Shown: in pieces, positions 37,946-50,561 of the stretch
Position numbering within the stretch: position 1 is the stretch's first letter
How the letters are laid out: every line of letters starts with the position of its first letter
Assembly: GCA_002269645.1 (NCBI GenBank)
Contig: NIVC01000494.1
Location: 62,001 to 126,000 of the forward strand
Source: Macrostomum lignano
Taxonomy: Eukaryota
Reading direction: 5' to 3'
Length of the DNA: 64,000 nt
The notes under the pieces: generated by a model
Seen by the model: only the letters and a program-made list of their open reading frames with translations
The model's database searches: none
Told to the model about the DNA's origin: nothing
Position numbers and translations under genes: made by a program

Positions 37946-40900
37946 TCACTCCTGTAGGCCGCCCTGCTCTCGAATCCTGGCCGTGTGCAAGTCGATGGCC
38001 TCGAACACTTCCGTAGCTGTGCGAAGCAGCTTCGGGCCGCTGCGTTTTGGCGATCGTTTTGGCAGCGACGGCGCGCTCTGCTGCCGGCTGAAACTGCCGC
38101 GTTTGAGTTGCACTTTGGGCCGTTCGCCTAGCAGCTGCATGATGCCGTCAACTGTGCTGAACAGCTTGCGTTCGAATACCTCCATGCGGCTATAATGGGT
38201 TTTTGCGCGTCGAGGTTTTTCATATATTTTTTGTTAGAATAGCTTGGAACAAAAATGAATTTCTCGATTTTATTACGTAAGAACGTATTTTTCGTATTGC
38301 CAGTGCATTTAGTACTAATTGGCTCTAATAGAGAACCCATAGCTCTAAATGGGGTTTCGACATTGACAAATTCGATGTCGAAAAATCATAATAAATGCAC
38401 TAGCGATTATAGAACAAAGATACATTCCTTAACGGCCCCAGCTAGCTCATCCTAGTCAAGGGTCAGTTGTCCATCATGCCCAGGACCTTAACTGTAAAAA
38501 CACAAGTTCTAAGTTCTCAAAAGTTCACATGCGTTCGTAATGATGTTCTAATGTTTATGAACTTTAGTACTTTTTTCCTTTCTTTTTTAAGCCTAGTGTG
38601 AAACTTTATTTCATTTTTTGCACACATTTTTTAAAATGTTGAGTTTGCATCGAAAATTATAACCACTGGTTTTTCTGGTGCGAAACATCTTCGAGATATA
38701 GACGATTAACGTAATAAAATAGTAGCTGTGACGGCAAAGACCCATCACAATCAAACAGTATCGCTTAGTGTCTTTAATTCCTAAAGTCGATTAATAGCTT
38801 GTCGTAAAGTTTCAATTCATGAGACAGAGAATCAATGTTAACAGATGCTCAAAAACATGCACTTTTATGAGTACCGAGAAACTTGTAACCTATCAGAATT
38901 CCGATTTGTGATCTTCTATGTGTATGTTTGTCCCAAAAGTGTTCTCTCAACAACTTACGTGTTCAGATTGTCCACCCGGTGCGTGATGTGCTCAACGGAC
39001 CGGTCGCCGCCTCCGACGCCACCACCAGCGCTGCCCGAATGTCCGGCCCCCTTCCACTTGGACAGGCTGACGGCCAGGGCGCTGAAGCTTTTCTGCAAGT
39101 GCGCCGAACTGCTGCTGGCGTTCAAATAGGCGCTGCTGACCTCAGAGACTTGACGAGTAACGGCGGGCGTGTCTGTCGTAAATTTGAAAAAAATGATTTT
39201 CTAGACTTACACCAACGGCTCGTGCAGGGGGCAGAGCAGCTCAGTGGGCAACGGCCACTTTCATTGGGGGCTTGTGCACGAAAAACTGGCCAGTAGGGGG
39301 GTTGTCGTGCAATTCACTCCCGCCAGGGCCACCCTCAAGGCACAGACAGTGTACATGCATGATGATGAGAAAGTCAGGACCACTGTACCCCCTGTGTGAT
39401 CGTGTGAGTGCGTGCCTGCGTACGGTATTGGCGCTTGTGTTCAGGAATCAGCGAAAACGGGCAGAATCGTTAACTGTGGAACGAGATGTCACCGAATACG
39501 TTGCGTCAGGGTGCTCACAACTGTCTGGTATTTAGCTAAAACTGTTCATATTTGGCAACAAAGACTCACTTGGCGCGGACGACGCGTTACTCCTAGACTT
39601 TGTCTGCAGAAGCGGCTTTTTCTGTCGAATAAACCTCAAAGTCTCGTCGTCCATTGAGCAGGCCAGTGCCTGCTGGTCGGACTCGGTCAGGTTGAAAGTG
39701 ACCTTGAAGTTCTGCTTAAATATCGGCGCCCATTCGTTGTAGACGTTTAAAATCTCTTTGAGATCTCCGACGCTGATCTTGTTGAGATCGACGTAGCTTA
39801 ACGCTCTGCACGTGTACATCGACTGTCCAACGTGCCCCTGCACCGCCCGTATCGCTTCGTCGCCAAAGATGTCGTCGCGGCCTAGCACGGCCATCACTGT
39901 GTCATCCTTGGAGATTTCCACTGAGCCGCGAACCACGAAGTAGATGTTCTCTAGGATGTCACCCGGATGTACAAGAGTGTCACCTGCGATCGAGGCGAGA
40001 CGTTGCCTTGTTGATGAAAATAAATAACAATGAAAACTCTACTTTAAGTAGCAATGTTTGAATTTAAAGTCAAAAACATACCAGGCGGAACGTGTGTTGT
40101 ATGAAACTTCATGCTAAACGCTCTCAGACAGCCAGGACTCGCGCCCTTGAACGCCGGACAATTGTTCAGCAGATTTCGGTTCATGTGCAAGCAAATGTCA
40201 GCCTGTAGGCATTCTGGGAAAGTTTTCAGCACAACATTTGTGTCTAAACCGTTGGTGTAGGTCCAGGAATTCTGCAGTTTTTTGTTTGAGATGTAGTTCA
40301 TGAGACAATTAATTATTTGGTTACAATGATACCTAACGTTTAGAGCTCCATAACAAAATGGCAACTACAGTTACCTGAAAGCTCTCCTGCAGCCTGTGCG
40401 CCAGATTCTTTGGTATCTTGTGAAACTTGATAAACTCTTTGATGCTCGTCTTCTTCTCGTGGAACTCCTCCGAGCCCTGGTAGATTCGCAGCATGATGCT
40501 GCTGACATTGCCGAATATTGCTGCGGACATCAGCGATCCGATCAGCATGCCCAGAATTGTGAAGATCTTCTCGGCGTTCGTGTTCGGACTCACATTGCCG
40601 AAACCGATGCTGGTTAGACAGGTGAAAGTGAAGTACAACGCCGTGATGTACTTGCTCTGGATGTCTGGACCGCCAGTAACTATGCCGGTTGTTGAGTTTT
40701 CTATAAACGGCTTGTTGAACGTCTTTGCCAGATGATCTAACCAGCCAACCTAAGGGGGTGTTGGACAGTAGTTCGTAGGACATAATGGTTTCAAAAACTG
40801 AACACGCATTTAAACTTGAAATAGTAGTTAGACTACTTCTGTCATGCAGACCTTTATGTGTTCGGTCTGTTGATAGCCTACTAACGAGTAGTTAGAAAAG

Positions 40901-43900
40901 AATGCAATGCGAATCTGCAACAGATTCTGGAAGACGAGAAGTTATAATAGTTACAAAGACAGTTAAGCATGACACTTTAAAGTATCACTTTGAATCAAGT
41001 ACATAGCACGTTGGCATAGACGAGGTAGAGGGCAAGGAGGTCCATGCCCCCCATTTCCTCGAAAGGTACATGGCGCCTCTTTCTCAGCAGCTTTGGCGTC
41101 CCTACTTTGAGCACAATACGTATTATTAAACATTCCAAGCCACTAATACAGCTAGCTCACCTTTGCTGGCAAGCCGTCCCGTTCAACATAGGCGATGGCG
41201 TAGAAGATGCAGGCGAACCAGTGCGCCACCAGGGTGAACGTGGCCATCAGCAGCAGCATGACGGCGGCTCCGTACTCGCTGTACTGATCAATTCGGCGAG
41301 CAACTCGGAGTAGGCGAAGCAAGCGGGCAGTTTTGAGCACCCCAGTGATGGTCATGGTGTCCGCGGCGCCGCCGCTGCCGAACAGAAGCAGGTCGAACGG
41401 GATTGCCGCGATTGCGTCAAGTAGAAACCAGCCTGCACAATGTTGTTTGAGGAAAGTTACGGAAAGGTCTGGGGATTTGTTTGTTTAAGCGCGGTTTAAA
41501 AATTCTGAGTAGCTTTATTTTTGTTTCTTTTTTTGCACAGAGGCGACGCAGAGGTGACAGTCGAACGCCAGCGAGGTGTCAACCACTCACTACTTCAAAT
41601 AAGATCGTGTTTAATAACTATGAGGAAAGGCATATTTTAATCAGCCCTTGCACCTGTTCATTCGCTAAAGGAATCCAATATGTAAACATTTTTTCTAGCT
41701 TGCATCGTGGCAATTGATCTCAGCAGATGTTTTCAATCGACGTAGTTAGCTAAAAAATTCATGGAAAAAAATTCGCAATCTAATGCATGCATTGATAACC
41801 GAGTGTCACGCAGATCTTGAGCTGTTCTCATTTCGGGATACTGATTAAGCCTTTAATTGCGTTTATCGCTTGCTCTTGGCTCTGTCTTTGCTAGACTATA
41901 TGGCATGGATTTCAATTAGCCGTTGTTTTGCCTCAGGCAGAGGGAAAATTGCTTCAATTTGCTTCTCTTTTGCGTGACAAAAATTTGAATGAGCAGCATT
42001 CAGTCAGGGCAGACAGGTTTGGAAGATCAATAGCAGACAGTCTCTAATGACCATCTATGCAAAAGTATCAAAAATTGCATCGAGATTAAAAATAGATAGA
42101 CAGTTTAGTTTCCAATTCTCGTATTTTTTCTCTGTGGTGTTTTAGTTTTTTTCTTGATGTTGATGCTACCATGACCCTCTGCTCACTTCAGGATGCTCCT
42201 TGAGCCAATCCCAGTAAAGCATATCGCTTCTTTGGGGCGTTCAACGATGTTACTCATCTACGTTGCCTCCCACACCTCCTGCATCCTGCTATCCTCCTGC
42301 AACCCGATCCTGCGCCTGTAGCCAGCCAACTTCAACGAGTGCCCCGTTCTCATTCCGAATTCCTCAGTCTCATTTTCTCATCTCCTAAGGCCCTTCCAGA
42401 TCCTGTTATATACCTGTGATAGTCAGCGAGTTTCTCCCTCAACAAAAAACAGCCTGTGCATTAATTTTCCGCTTTTGTTGTCTGTCGCCAGAACCGCCTT
42501 CCTCCATCCACCTTTCCCTGTTACCGACCAGCCACTCCACTTGCTCTGCTTATCGCGTACCGCGGTGCCCGTTGCAATGCTTCATCCATAACAGTGCTGT
42601 AGTTGGCGTAGCACTAAGCGAGAATCTACCCGAGACTGCAGTTTCAGATGAATTTAAAACGCGTTTAACCGTAAATTCGGTAAGGGTTCGAGTTAGGAAG
42701 TAAATCAATTGTCATTTTAGCTTGGGACGATCTCGCCGAAGGCATTGCTCGAGGAGTGCCCACAGCCCTTGTGCAATTAATTTTTGTTATAAATGTTTTC
42801 TACCTAGAGAGCAGAATCTCAACTTTCTCAGCGAAGTAGCTAACCGAATAAATAATTGAAGAGATCCCCTGGAGTTGATTGAGAAGCAAAGAAAAAATAT
42901 CTGAAGAAGTTAAAAAACAAGCCTGCCTGCCCACAGGGCGAGCTGGGAGAAACTTTCGGAGCGTGTCAATTAAGCCAGCGCGAGCTTCAGCTCTTAATTT
43001 GAGATCGGGAATCGCCGGGCTAGGCTTATACAAACAAGCGCCGGCCTCACCCTGCTCCGTGACCCGATACTAATCCTTAGGCGAAAAAGATCGACTTGCT
43101 CAAAGCGCTGAGATCTCGGAGTGCGAGCGTGTGTGTTCCAGCTTGATGCTCTTAAGGCCATCTTTGCAGCGGCCATTTCACTGTAATTGACTTCTTTTAC
43201 GGACTTTTACCCCAGGCTACATGCATGTACACAGTATCTCAAATACTTTGTTGACGTTAAAATAGGCATCTTGCTTAAGCTTAGTTTCATGGACAGCTGA
43301 AGTACAAGGACGCGACAATCGAATTTCTTAGAAATGAGCTGGACTCCGGTTGCTATTGCTATAGAGAAATCAGGTTTTATCGACAGAATTCGTCTATGGC
43401 AAAAACCCCATTCAGCACTATACGTTCTCTAATGCACACTAAATGCACTATCGATGTGAAAAATATCGTTCTTTATTAGCCTGCAGCTCCCTTCGTACTT
43501 CATTTGTCAATGCTTAATTAAGTATTCTAGGTGAGAATTTGAGGACGTCGTAAATTTTAATTTTAATTAGGCACCGAGGTGATAATTGAACGACATAAAT
43601 GACAATCATACCTTTCATATAGTTGAGCGCAATCTTCTGCGGATCGCTGATCACTTCGCCGTTGTGCACATAGGTGGTGCGAAAGTTGATTAAAATATCA
43701 GCTATGAAGGTGACGTCAACAATCAGATCGATTATCACCAGGGGATCGGGGTGGTTGGACTGCGATGCGCTCGACCTGGTCTTTGAGTCCTGGGGAGCGA
43801 GTTGAAAATATTAATTTATAAAAAAGTTGCTAACAGACTTAGCAGGAACTTAAATTCCCTTCGCATCTCTCAATCATTCTCAGGCTCCCAACCTCATTAA

Positions 43901-46900
43901 GCTTCATCTTGGTCTTGTCCTCATTGAGCAGAAATGCGGCAGTGTAGGGCGTGAAAACCGCGGTGTACAGCACCAGCATCAGGATGACCCAGTCCCACAC
44001 AGCTTTGAATGGCGAGTAGTGCAGGATGACGAATCTGAAATTGAATTGGCGGGCTAAATTGTAACAAATCTATTTACGCTCGTATAGCTTATAAATTCAA
44101 CACAATATAGCAAATGGACCCTTCAGGGGCGTCAGTATGCATGAGAAGAATCTTTTTCCTGTACAACTTTGCTTTGCTTGAATTCTTCAGTGCTTCCGGC
44201 GGATCAATTGTGCCGCTGTTCGAACGACAACTCCCGCCCCATTTCCCAGTGCCGATGCGTGTTAATCCGTCTTTCCTTCTGGGTGAGGATTAGCACGATT
44301 AACGCGCGCGTCCCGCTTCAATCACGAAAATGAACAACTCTTCTCATTTCTGTCTCTGCGCCTTCGCCTAGTTTGCTTGTCATTATCGATGCGAGCTGTT
44401 ATATTTAGGATAGAGGCTGTTGGATTGATTCTGGGCGCAAATTTGAAGCACGCTTTTAAATCACCACCACTGTATTCTAAGTGTATACAAATGTGTACAA
44501 ATCGTTAGTCAATGGCCTAATGAGCACGTGTGCAACCGACAGCTCAGCCGCAGCGATTGCGCGGCGCATCTGAAGGCTGCGTACGGCTGTTCAGTCCAAG
44601 GACTGGGGGGTCGCCACACACACCCTCAATTACCCCCCAAGCTAATGCTGGCACCCATTTTACAGCTGGGTGAACTGAAGCAATGCAGAATTGAAGTGTC
44701 TTGCTCAAAGACACAAATTGTTCCGAGAAGGATCGGGAATCGAACTCCCGACCTTCAATTCGTGAGTCCGACGCTCTAGCCACTAGGTTACAAACCCCTT
44801 AGAGCTTGGAAGTGTGTAAGTTCAGCTTTTTAAGGATAAAGAATCCCCAGCATTTTAATGGTTCAATTTGAAATGTTACACGAGATTGTGAATAGGGAAC
44901 TCACTTTGGGAAAGTTTGTCTGGCCTGGTACTGCGCCTGAGCCAGCACATTCTCCTGGTCCTCCATCTCCATCTGCGAGCCGGGGCCGCCACCAGACAGA
45001 GGCTCGACTTCGCTTTGCTCAGCCGAGTAATCTGAGGATTCGCTGCCAGCTTCTTCTTCAAGAATCTGCTGTTGCTGTTGCTGTTGATGCTGCTGCTGCT
45101 GCTGCTGCTGCTGCAGGAACATGCTTGAGTGATGCTCTGCACCTATACTGTCTGATAGGCTTCTGTAGTGGATAAAGTATAAATTCTTTTGATGCATCAT
45201 GGCTTCATGATTTCTATTGTAGTAAGATTGAGTTTTCAGGCGCAAGTGAATTCAGTGTAACTAAGTTTCAGCTGCTTATAACTTACCAAAGCTGTCTCAT
45301 AGAAATTGAGCACACTATTGAGGTTAAACAGAAAAGCAACCCCTAAACTGCCGTTTCTTGCAGAAGAGTGGCGAGGCGACTTCAGTCTTAAGCTCCGTTG
45401 ATGTGTTGCCGCTAAACCTTTTATACAGTCCGCCACCCTTAAGTGCTGAGAAGTTACCCTTGGGTCCTTTGGTATAATCCCGCTATTCTAATATTAACAA
45501 AAATCATATTACTGTAACTGCAGAAGCGTTTTGTATCGCATGACAACTCCCAGACTACAAGATACTTTAATGCAGTTGAACCAGAGGGTCTTGAAGCGAG
45601 AGTTGGACGCATTTACCACTGAGCTGCCCTGTCCTTCCGCTACTCTTGGGTCCTTTGATGGTTTTCTATTTATAGAAAACTACTCAGCAGATCTGTAGAT
45701 TATGATAAATCATTATCAGTCTCATATTGCATGAGCGCAAATTAATTATTGACAATTGATACGGATGCGATAGTGAATCAATATGGGTACTTGCTTTATC
45801 AGTCTGTTTAGGGTCGCCATTAGACAGGAAGCAGAGGCTTGGTCATGTTCTTAAAAGCTTTTTTCTTACAAAAGAAACCGAGCGAGACATTTTCATAAGG
45901 AAATTTGAGAAAAAAATTGATGAAACGTTTAAATCTCAACCGAACTACGTGTGCGTGGTGACTGAAGCGGGTTTATTCTCTTTAGCTTTCGTTGAGTTCT
46001 CTCGCAATTGAATAATTTAGTATTGGCCAAAGGTAAAATGACCCACGGTACTGAGACAGTTGGCTATATTCACTATACTGCCCTTAAAGTCTCTTTACAT
46101 ACGGATCTCTAATGATTTAAACTGATGTACATTACTACCCCGGTTTGTCTACTTTAGGCTTGCACAGTTGATGTCAGGAATTAAAGCTGGTCGGTGTCAG
46201 TAAGTGTCAGAGTTGGTCAGTGTCAGGATCATCAGAGTTGGTCGGTGTCAGGAAGTGTCAGATTTGGTCAGTGTCAGGAAGTGTCAGATTTGGTCAGTGT
46301 CAGGATCATCAGAGTTGGTCGGTGTCAGGATCATCAGAGTTGGTCAGTGTCAGGAAGTGTCAGATTTGGTCAGTGTCAGGATCATCAGAGTTGGTCAGTG
46401 TCAGGAAGTGTCAGATTTGGTCAGTGTCAGGAAGTGTCAGAGTTGGTCAGTGTCAGGAAGTGTCAGAGTTGGTCAGTGTCAGGATCATCAGAGTTGGTCA
46501 GTGTCAGGATCATCAGAGTTGGTCAGTGTCAGGATCATCAGAGTTGGTCAGTGTCAGGATCATCAGAGTTGGTCAGTGTCAGGATCATCAGAGTTGGTCA
46601 GTGTCAGGATCATCAGAGTTGGTCAGTGTCAGGATCATCAGAGTTGGTCAGTGTCAGGATCATCAGAGTTGGTCAGTGTCAGGATCATCAGATTTGGTCG
46701 GTGTCAGGAAGTGTCAGAGTTGGTCAGTGTCAGGATCATCAGAGTTGGTCGGTGTCAGGAAGTGTCAGATTTTGTCGGTGTCAGGAAGTGTTTCATCAGA
46801 TTTGGTCGGTGTCAGGAAGTGTCAGAGTTGGTCAGTGTCAGGATCATCAGAGTTGGTCGGTGTTAGGAAGTGTCAGATTTTGTCGGTGTCAGGAAGTGTT

Positions 46901-47436
46901 TCATCAGAGTTGGTCAGTGTCAGGATCATCAGAGTTGGTCAGTGTCAGGATCATCAGAGTTGGTCAGTGTCAGGAATGTCAGTGCTAAGACACTGAAATC
47001 ATCCTAAATACAGGGCCGAATACTCGGATACTCAAACGAAATTAGAAAATGCTAGTGCTCACCGGTCGAGATCAATGACTCCGCTGCTGCTGCTCTGACT
47101 TCTGAGGGTGCCGACTGCTCCGGCCGCGCCTCTCCGACTGGCCATCGGGATGCCGCCGCCGCTACTGCCGACTCCGCTGCCGCTGCTCGCAGTCCGAAGC
47201 ATCAGCACTTTGCTGCCTTTGTGCACCAGAGTGGCTGGAGTGCCACCAGCTTCGGCTGGGTGCAGCACGACTCCGGGCGTGACGTAGGCGTCAGCTGATA
47301 CTGTAGACAGGTGGCGGTGCAGCTGGTGCTGCGGATGCTGCAGATGATGCTGCTGGGCGCTACTAGAAGAAGAACCAGAAGCAAATGCGGCGCTCTTCTG
47401 GGGCAGCGGGCTGCCAACCCAGCCGGGGTTCTCCAT
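37946..47436 (-). CDS. KCNH2-like: ERG-subfamily (KCNH2/6/7, seizure/unc-103-like) voltage-gated K+ channel, 886 aa as modelled, 10 coding exons
   Basis: Minus-strand exons 47436-47063, 45162-44905, 44034-43893, 43789-43612, 41432-41161, 40749-40375, 40271-40082, 39983-39570, 39172-38959 and 38189-37946. All are GT-AG and phase-consistent, totalling 2661 nt. S1 [13 protein letters not shown]; S4 [15 protein letters not shown]; pore [25 protein letters not shown]; C-linker/[17 protein letters not shown]...[10 protein letters not shown]...GDTLVHPGD...VTFNL; C-terminal coiled coil [17 protein letters not shown]. Further upstream exons cannot be excluded, since an acceptor lies at 47447. Confidence 0.95.
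44530..44798 (-). mobile_element. tRNA-headed CORE-type SINE, copy 2 (lacks the 3' TTA tail), in ERG intron 2
   Basis: The reverse complement starts GGGGTTTGTAACCTAGTGGCTAGAGCGTCGG...GAGTTCGATTCCC and has the same CORE-like body as copy 1. Same strand as the host gene. Confidence 0.88.
45572..45635 (-). other. degenerate tRNA-like head (SINE remnant or tRNA pseudogene)
   Basis: Reverse complement GGGCAGCTCAGTGGTAAATGCGTCCAACTCTCGCTTCAAGACCCTCTGGTTCAACT has A-box-like and B-box-like motifs at tRNA spacing. The cloverleaf is not intact. Confidence 0.4.
46186..46985. repeat. composite minisatellite (GTTGGTCAGTGTCAGGATCATCAGA / ...GGAAGTGTCAGA) in ERG intron 1
   Basis: Units of ~25 bp in two types. 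Confidence 0.93.
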
Positions 47437-47496
47437 GCGGCCGGCTCTGTAGAGGGACGTTGAGAGAGGAAATATTCTTTAGAATGCCAGCTCAGA

Positions 47497-47800
47497 TAAT
47501 AATAATAATAATTGATTACAGATGTGCAGATGTGCAACCGACAGCTCAGCCGCAGCTATTGCGCGGCGCATCTGAAGGCTGCGTACGGCTGTTCAGTCCA
47601 AGGACTGGGGGGTCGCCACACACACCCTCAATTACCTCAGCTAATGCTGGCACCCATTTTACAGCTGGGTGAACTGAAGCAATGCAGAATTGAAGTGTCT
47701 TGCTCAAAGACATAAAATGTTCCAGTGAAATCGGGAATCGAACCTCCGACCTTCCAGTCGTGAGTCCGACGCTTTAACCACTAGGCTACAGCCCCTCCAT
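47497..47800 (-). mobile_element. tRNA-headed CORE-type SINE, copy 3, full length with a 6-bp TSD
   Basis: A-box TAGCCTAGTGG, B-box GGTTCGATTCC, CORE-like body and (TTA)n tail. It is flanked by CTCAGA at 47491-47496 and 47801-47806. Confidence 0.92.
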
Positions 47801-48021
47801 CTCAGAACTTCCTAAACAATCTCGTGCACGAAGCTATGCATGTAACTCTGAACTGAGGACTGGAAAAGATAAAGAGAGGCCCATGATTTTCGCTAATTAC
47901 ATAGCTATATATATAATAGTAGTAGTTACACGTATTTAGTCAGTCGCAGATGGCCAGCAAGCATGCCAATTTTGATTGTACTTTGTTGTCGGTTCTCCAA
48001 CTTAGGTTTCTAGGAATGCCA

Positions 48022-48737
48022 CTTCCACAGTGTTGTGGCTTCCGATGGGGAATCGAACTCGGGTTTCACAGTGTTGTGGCTTCAGATGGGAAATCGAAGT
48101 CGGGTTTCCAGGAATGCCACTTCCCCAGTGTTGTGGCTTCAGATGGGGAATCGAACTCAGGTTTCACAGTGTTGTGGCTTCAGATGGGGAATCGAACTCA
48201 GGTTTCACAGTGTTGTGGCTTCAGATGGGGAATCGAAACTCAGGTTTCTAGGAATGCCACTTCCACAGTATTGTGGCTTCAGATGGAGAATCGAACTCGG
48301 GTTTCACAGTGTTGTGGCTTCAGATGGGGAATCGAACTCAGGTTTCACAGTGTTGTGGCTTCAGATGGGGAATCGAACTCGGGTTTCACAGTGTTGTGGC
48401 TTCAGATGGGGAATCGAACTCGGGTTTCTAGGAATGCCACTTCCACAGTGTTGTGGCTTCAAATGGGGAATCGAACTCAGGTTTCACAGTGTTGTGGCTT
48501 CAGATGGGGAATCGAAACTCAGGTTTCTAGGAATGCCACTTCCACAGTATTGTGGCTTCAGATGGAGAATCGAACTCGGGTTTCACAGTGTTGTGGCTTC
48601 AGATGGGGAATCGAACTCGGGTTTCTAGGAATGCCACTTCCACAGTGTTGTGGCTTCAAATGGGGAATCGAACTCGGGTTTCTAGGAATGCCACTTACAT
48701 AGTGTTGTGGCTTCAGATGGGGAATCGAACTCGGGTT
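48022..48737. repeat. ~41/57-bp composite satellite containing a Pol III B-box-like motif
   Basis: Unit CACAGTGTTGTGGCTTCAGATGGGGAATCGAACTC(G/A)GGTTT, with an optional CTAGGAATGCCACTTC insert; about 15 units. Confidence 0.93.
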
Positions 48738-49331
48738 CTCTCGCAACAGAAGGTTGTCAATTAGCTTTCCGATAGTTAGGCTCCATTGTCCCGAGATCCA
48801 GTTTGACTGTATTAGCCAAACTGCCGTTAAAGAAACAGCCAGAAAGTGAGTGACGCCAATAACAAATCCTTCTATACCGTAGCGAACTCTGAGAGTCTTG
48901 TCAATTTAATTTTCTCTTGTACGCCGCGGCAACACGGAGGTTAGCAGGCGAACTTGAGTGGCGAATCCGATTTTCGTTGAAGTGGGGAGGACAGAGAATG
49001 AGGCATGAGGGAGATTGAGTCTGCGAGCGTCATCAACGAGCAGAAAGAGGCTGGCAGACATTCATGGCATCCATGGCTGACAAGCGGCCATCAAAGCGAT
49101 AATTCAATACACCCAGAATACTGCATAGAGGGAATGGCTATTGAGCCACTTCTCACGCCGTACCCGTTTCTCTATCCTATTTCTATCTTTAAATATCCTC
49201 TCGTTTCTGTGTTGCCTGCAGTCAATAGCTGCGGAGAATGTAGTGCTGTGCCTCCCCCGCCCCACCTATCCGTGGGCGCGTGTACTTCAACATTTGCTTT
49301 GAAATTTCCAATTATTGCAATTCAAGCAGAC

Positions 49332-49620
49332 AAGGAAGAGAAGACAGGGGAGAGTAGACAAGGGTGAGTAGACACGGGAGAGTAGACAGGGGAGAGTAGA
49401 CAGGGGAGAGTAGACAGTGGAGAGTAGACAGGGGAGAGAAGACAGGGGAGAGTAGACAAGGGTGAGTAGACAGGGGAGAGTAGACACGGGAGAGTAGACA
49501 GGGGAGAGTAGACAGGGGAGAGTAGACAGGGGAGAGTAGACAGGGCAGAGAAGACAGGGCAGAGAAGACAGGAGAGAGTAGACAGGAGAGAGTAGACAGG
49601 GGAGAGTAGACAGGGTAGAT
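49332..49620. repeat. 14-bp minisatellite (AGTAGACAGGGGAG)n
   Basis: About 20 units. Confidence 0.93.
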
Positions 49621-50561
49621 TAGACATTGTCAAACGAAGGCTAAGCAGTTGCAGTGGGAAAATAGGCATATGAGACACACAGACAGGTCATAACAATAGT
49701 TTCAGCGGCCTACCTTAGCCATAGTGGTTTATTTGCAGTTCAGTGAGGCTTGGTGCACGCTTAAAATGTGAGTCTTTAAAGCCCTGGTGAATTTGGTCTA
49801 TTGAGCAGGGTAACAATGTCAGTTACTTGGCATGGACCGGCGTCTCTGAAAGCTTGGATCCGAAGTCGGACATAATCAAACAAGAGCCATGCGAGATGCC
49901 TCCATCTAAAAGCTTTCTCCCCAAATGCTTCTCTCTATTCTCTTCATTCTCCCATTGGCTGTTTGAGTCCTGCTCAATTTTTATTCCTCTTCCTGTTCCT
50001 ACATGCGACCCGCCCCCCCCCACCCTCAAACTCGGCCTACGGATTGCAGATTTGGAAATCTTCCATCTACGCGGCTTCACGTAGCAACAATCCCAAGTTC
50101 CCATAGCCTTGCCGGATAGCTGCTGGGGATTAGCACTTCTCTCTCCCCGCAGTCAGTATAGTCTCTGACATCCTATCAACAACTTTAGATGAAGATTTCC
50201 AAGCCAGAGTATTCGATCCTGCTGCATCGAATACTGATCAGTGCCCGGGGAATGAAATCAGCTGGAAATTCCATCAGACAAGCGAGAGTCTTCTTTCTTT
50301 TCGAGTGACTTTTTTGCTCAAAGCAGTGTGACTGTTTAGAAATGTGTTTCTGTGTCATACTTCAAGTAGTCTATGATGATTTTTATTTGAAATAAGTAAA
50401 AAAAATTTGATGAATTTTTTGTTTTTCTAAGTACGAACCTCTGAAATGTCATCGAGAAAGTCTCTTTTAAGTCTTATTGACTGGGCAACAATTATAATCA
50501 CTTTTGAAGTCACCTTCAAAGTTTTTATTGAACTTTATATTACAGTAGATAGGAGAGTTAA

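Noticed and set aside
39211-39520. Extra ERG exon ending at the GTAAGT donor near 39210
   Set aside because: It is not needed, since 39570 joins 39172 in phase. Most frames contain stops, and it remains only a possible minor alternative exon.
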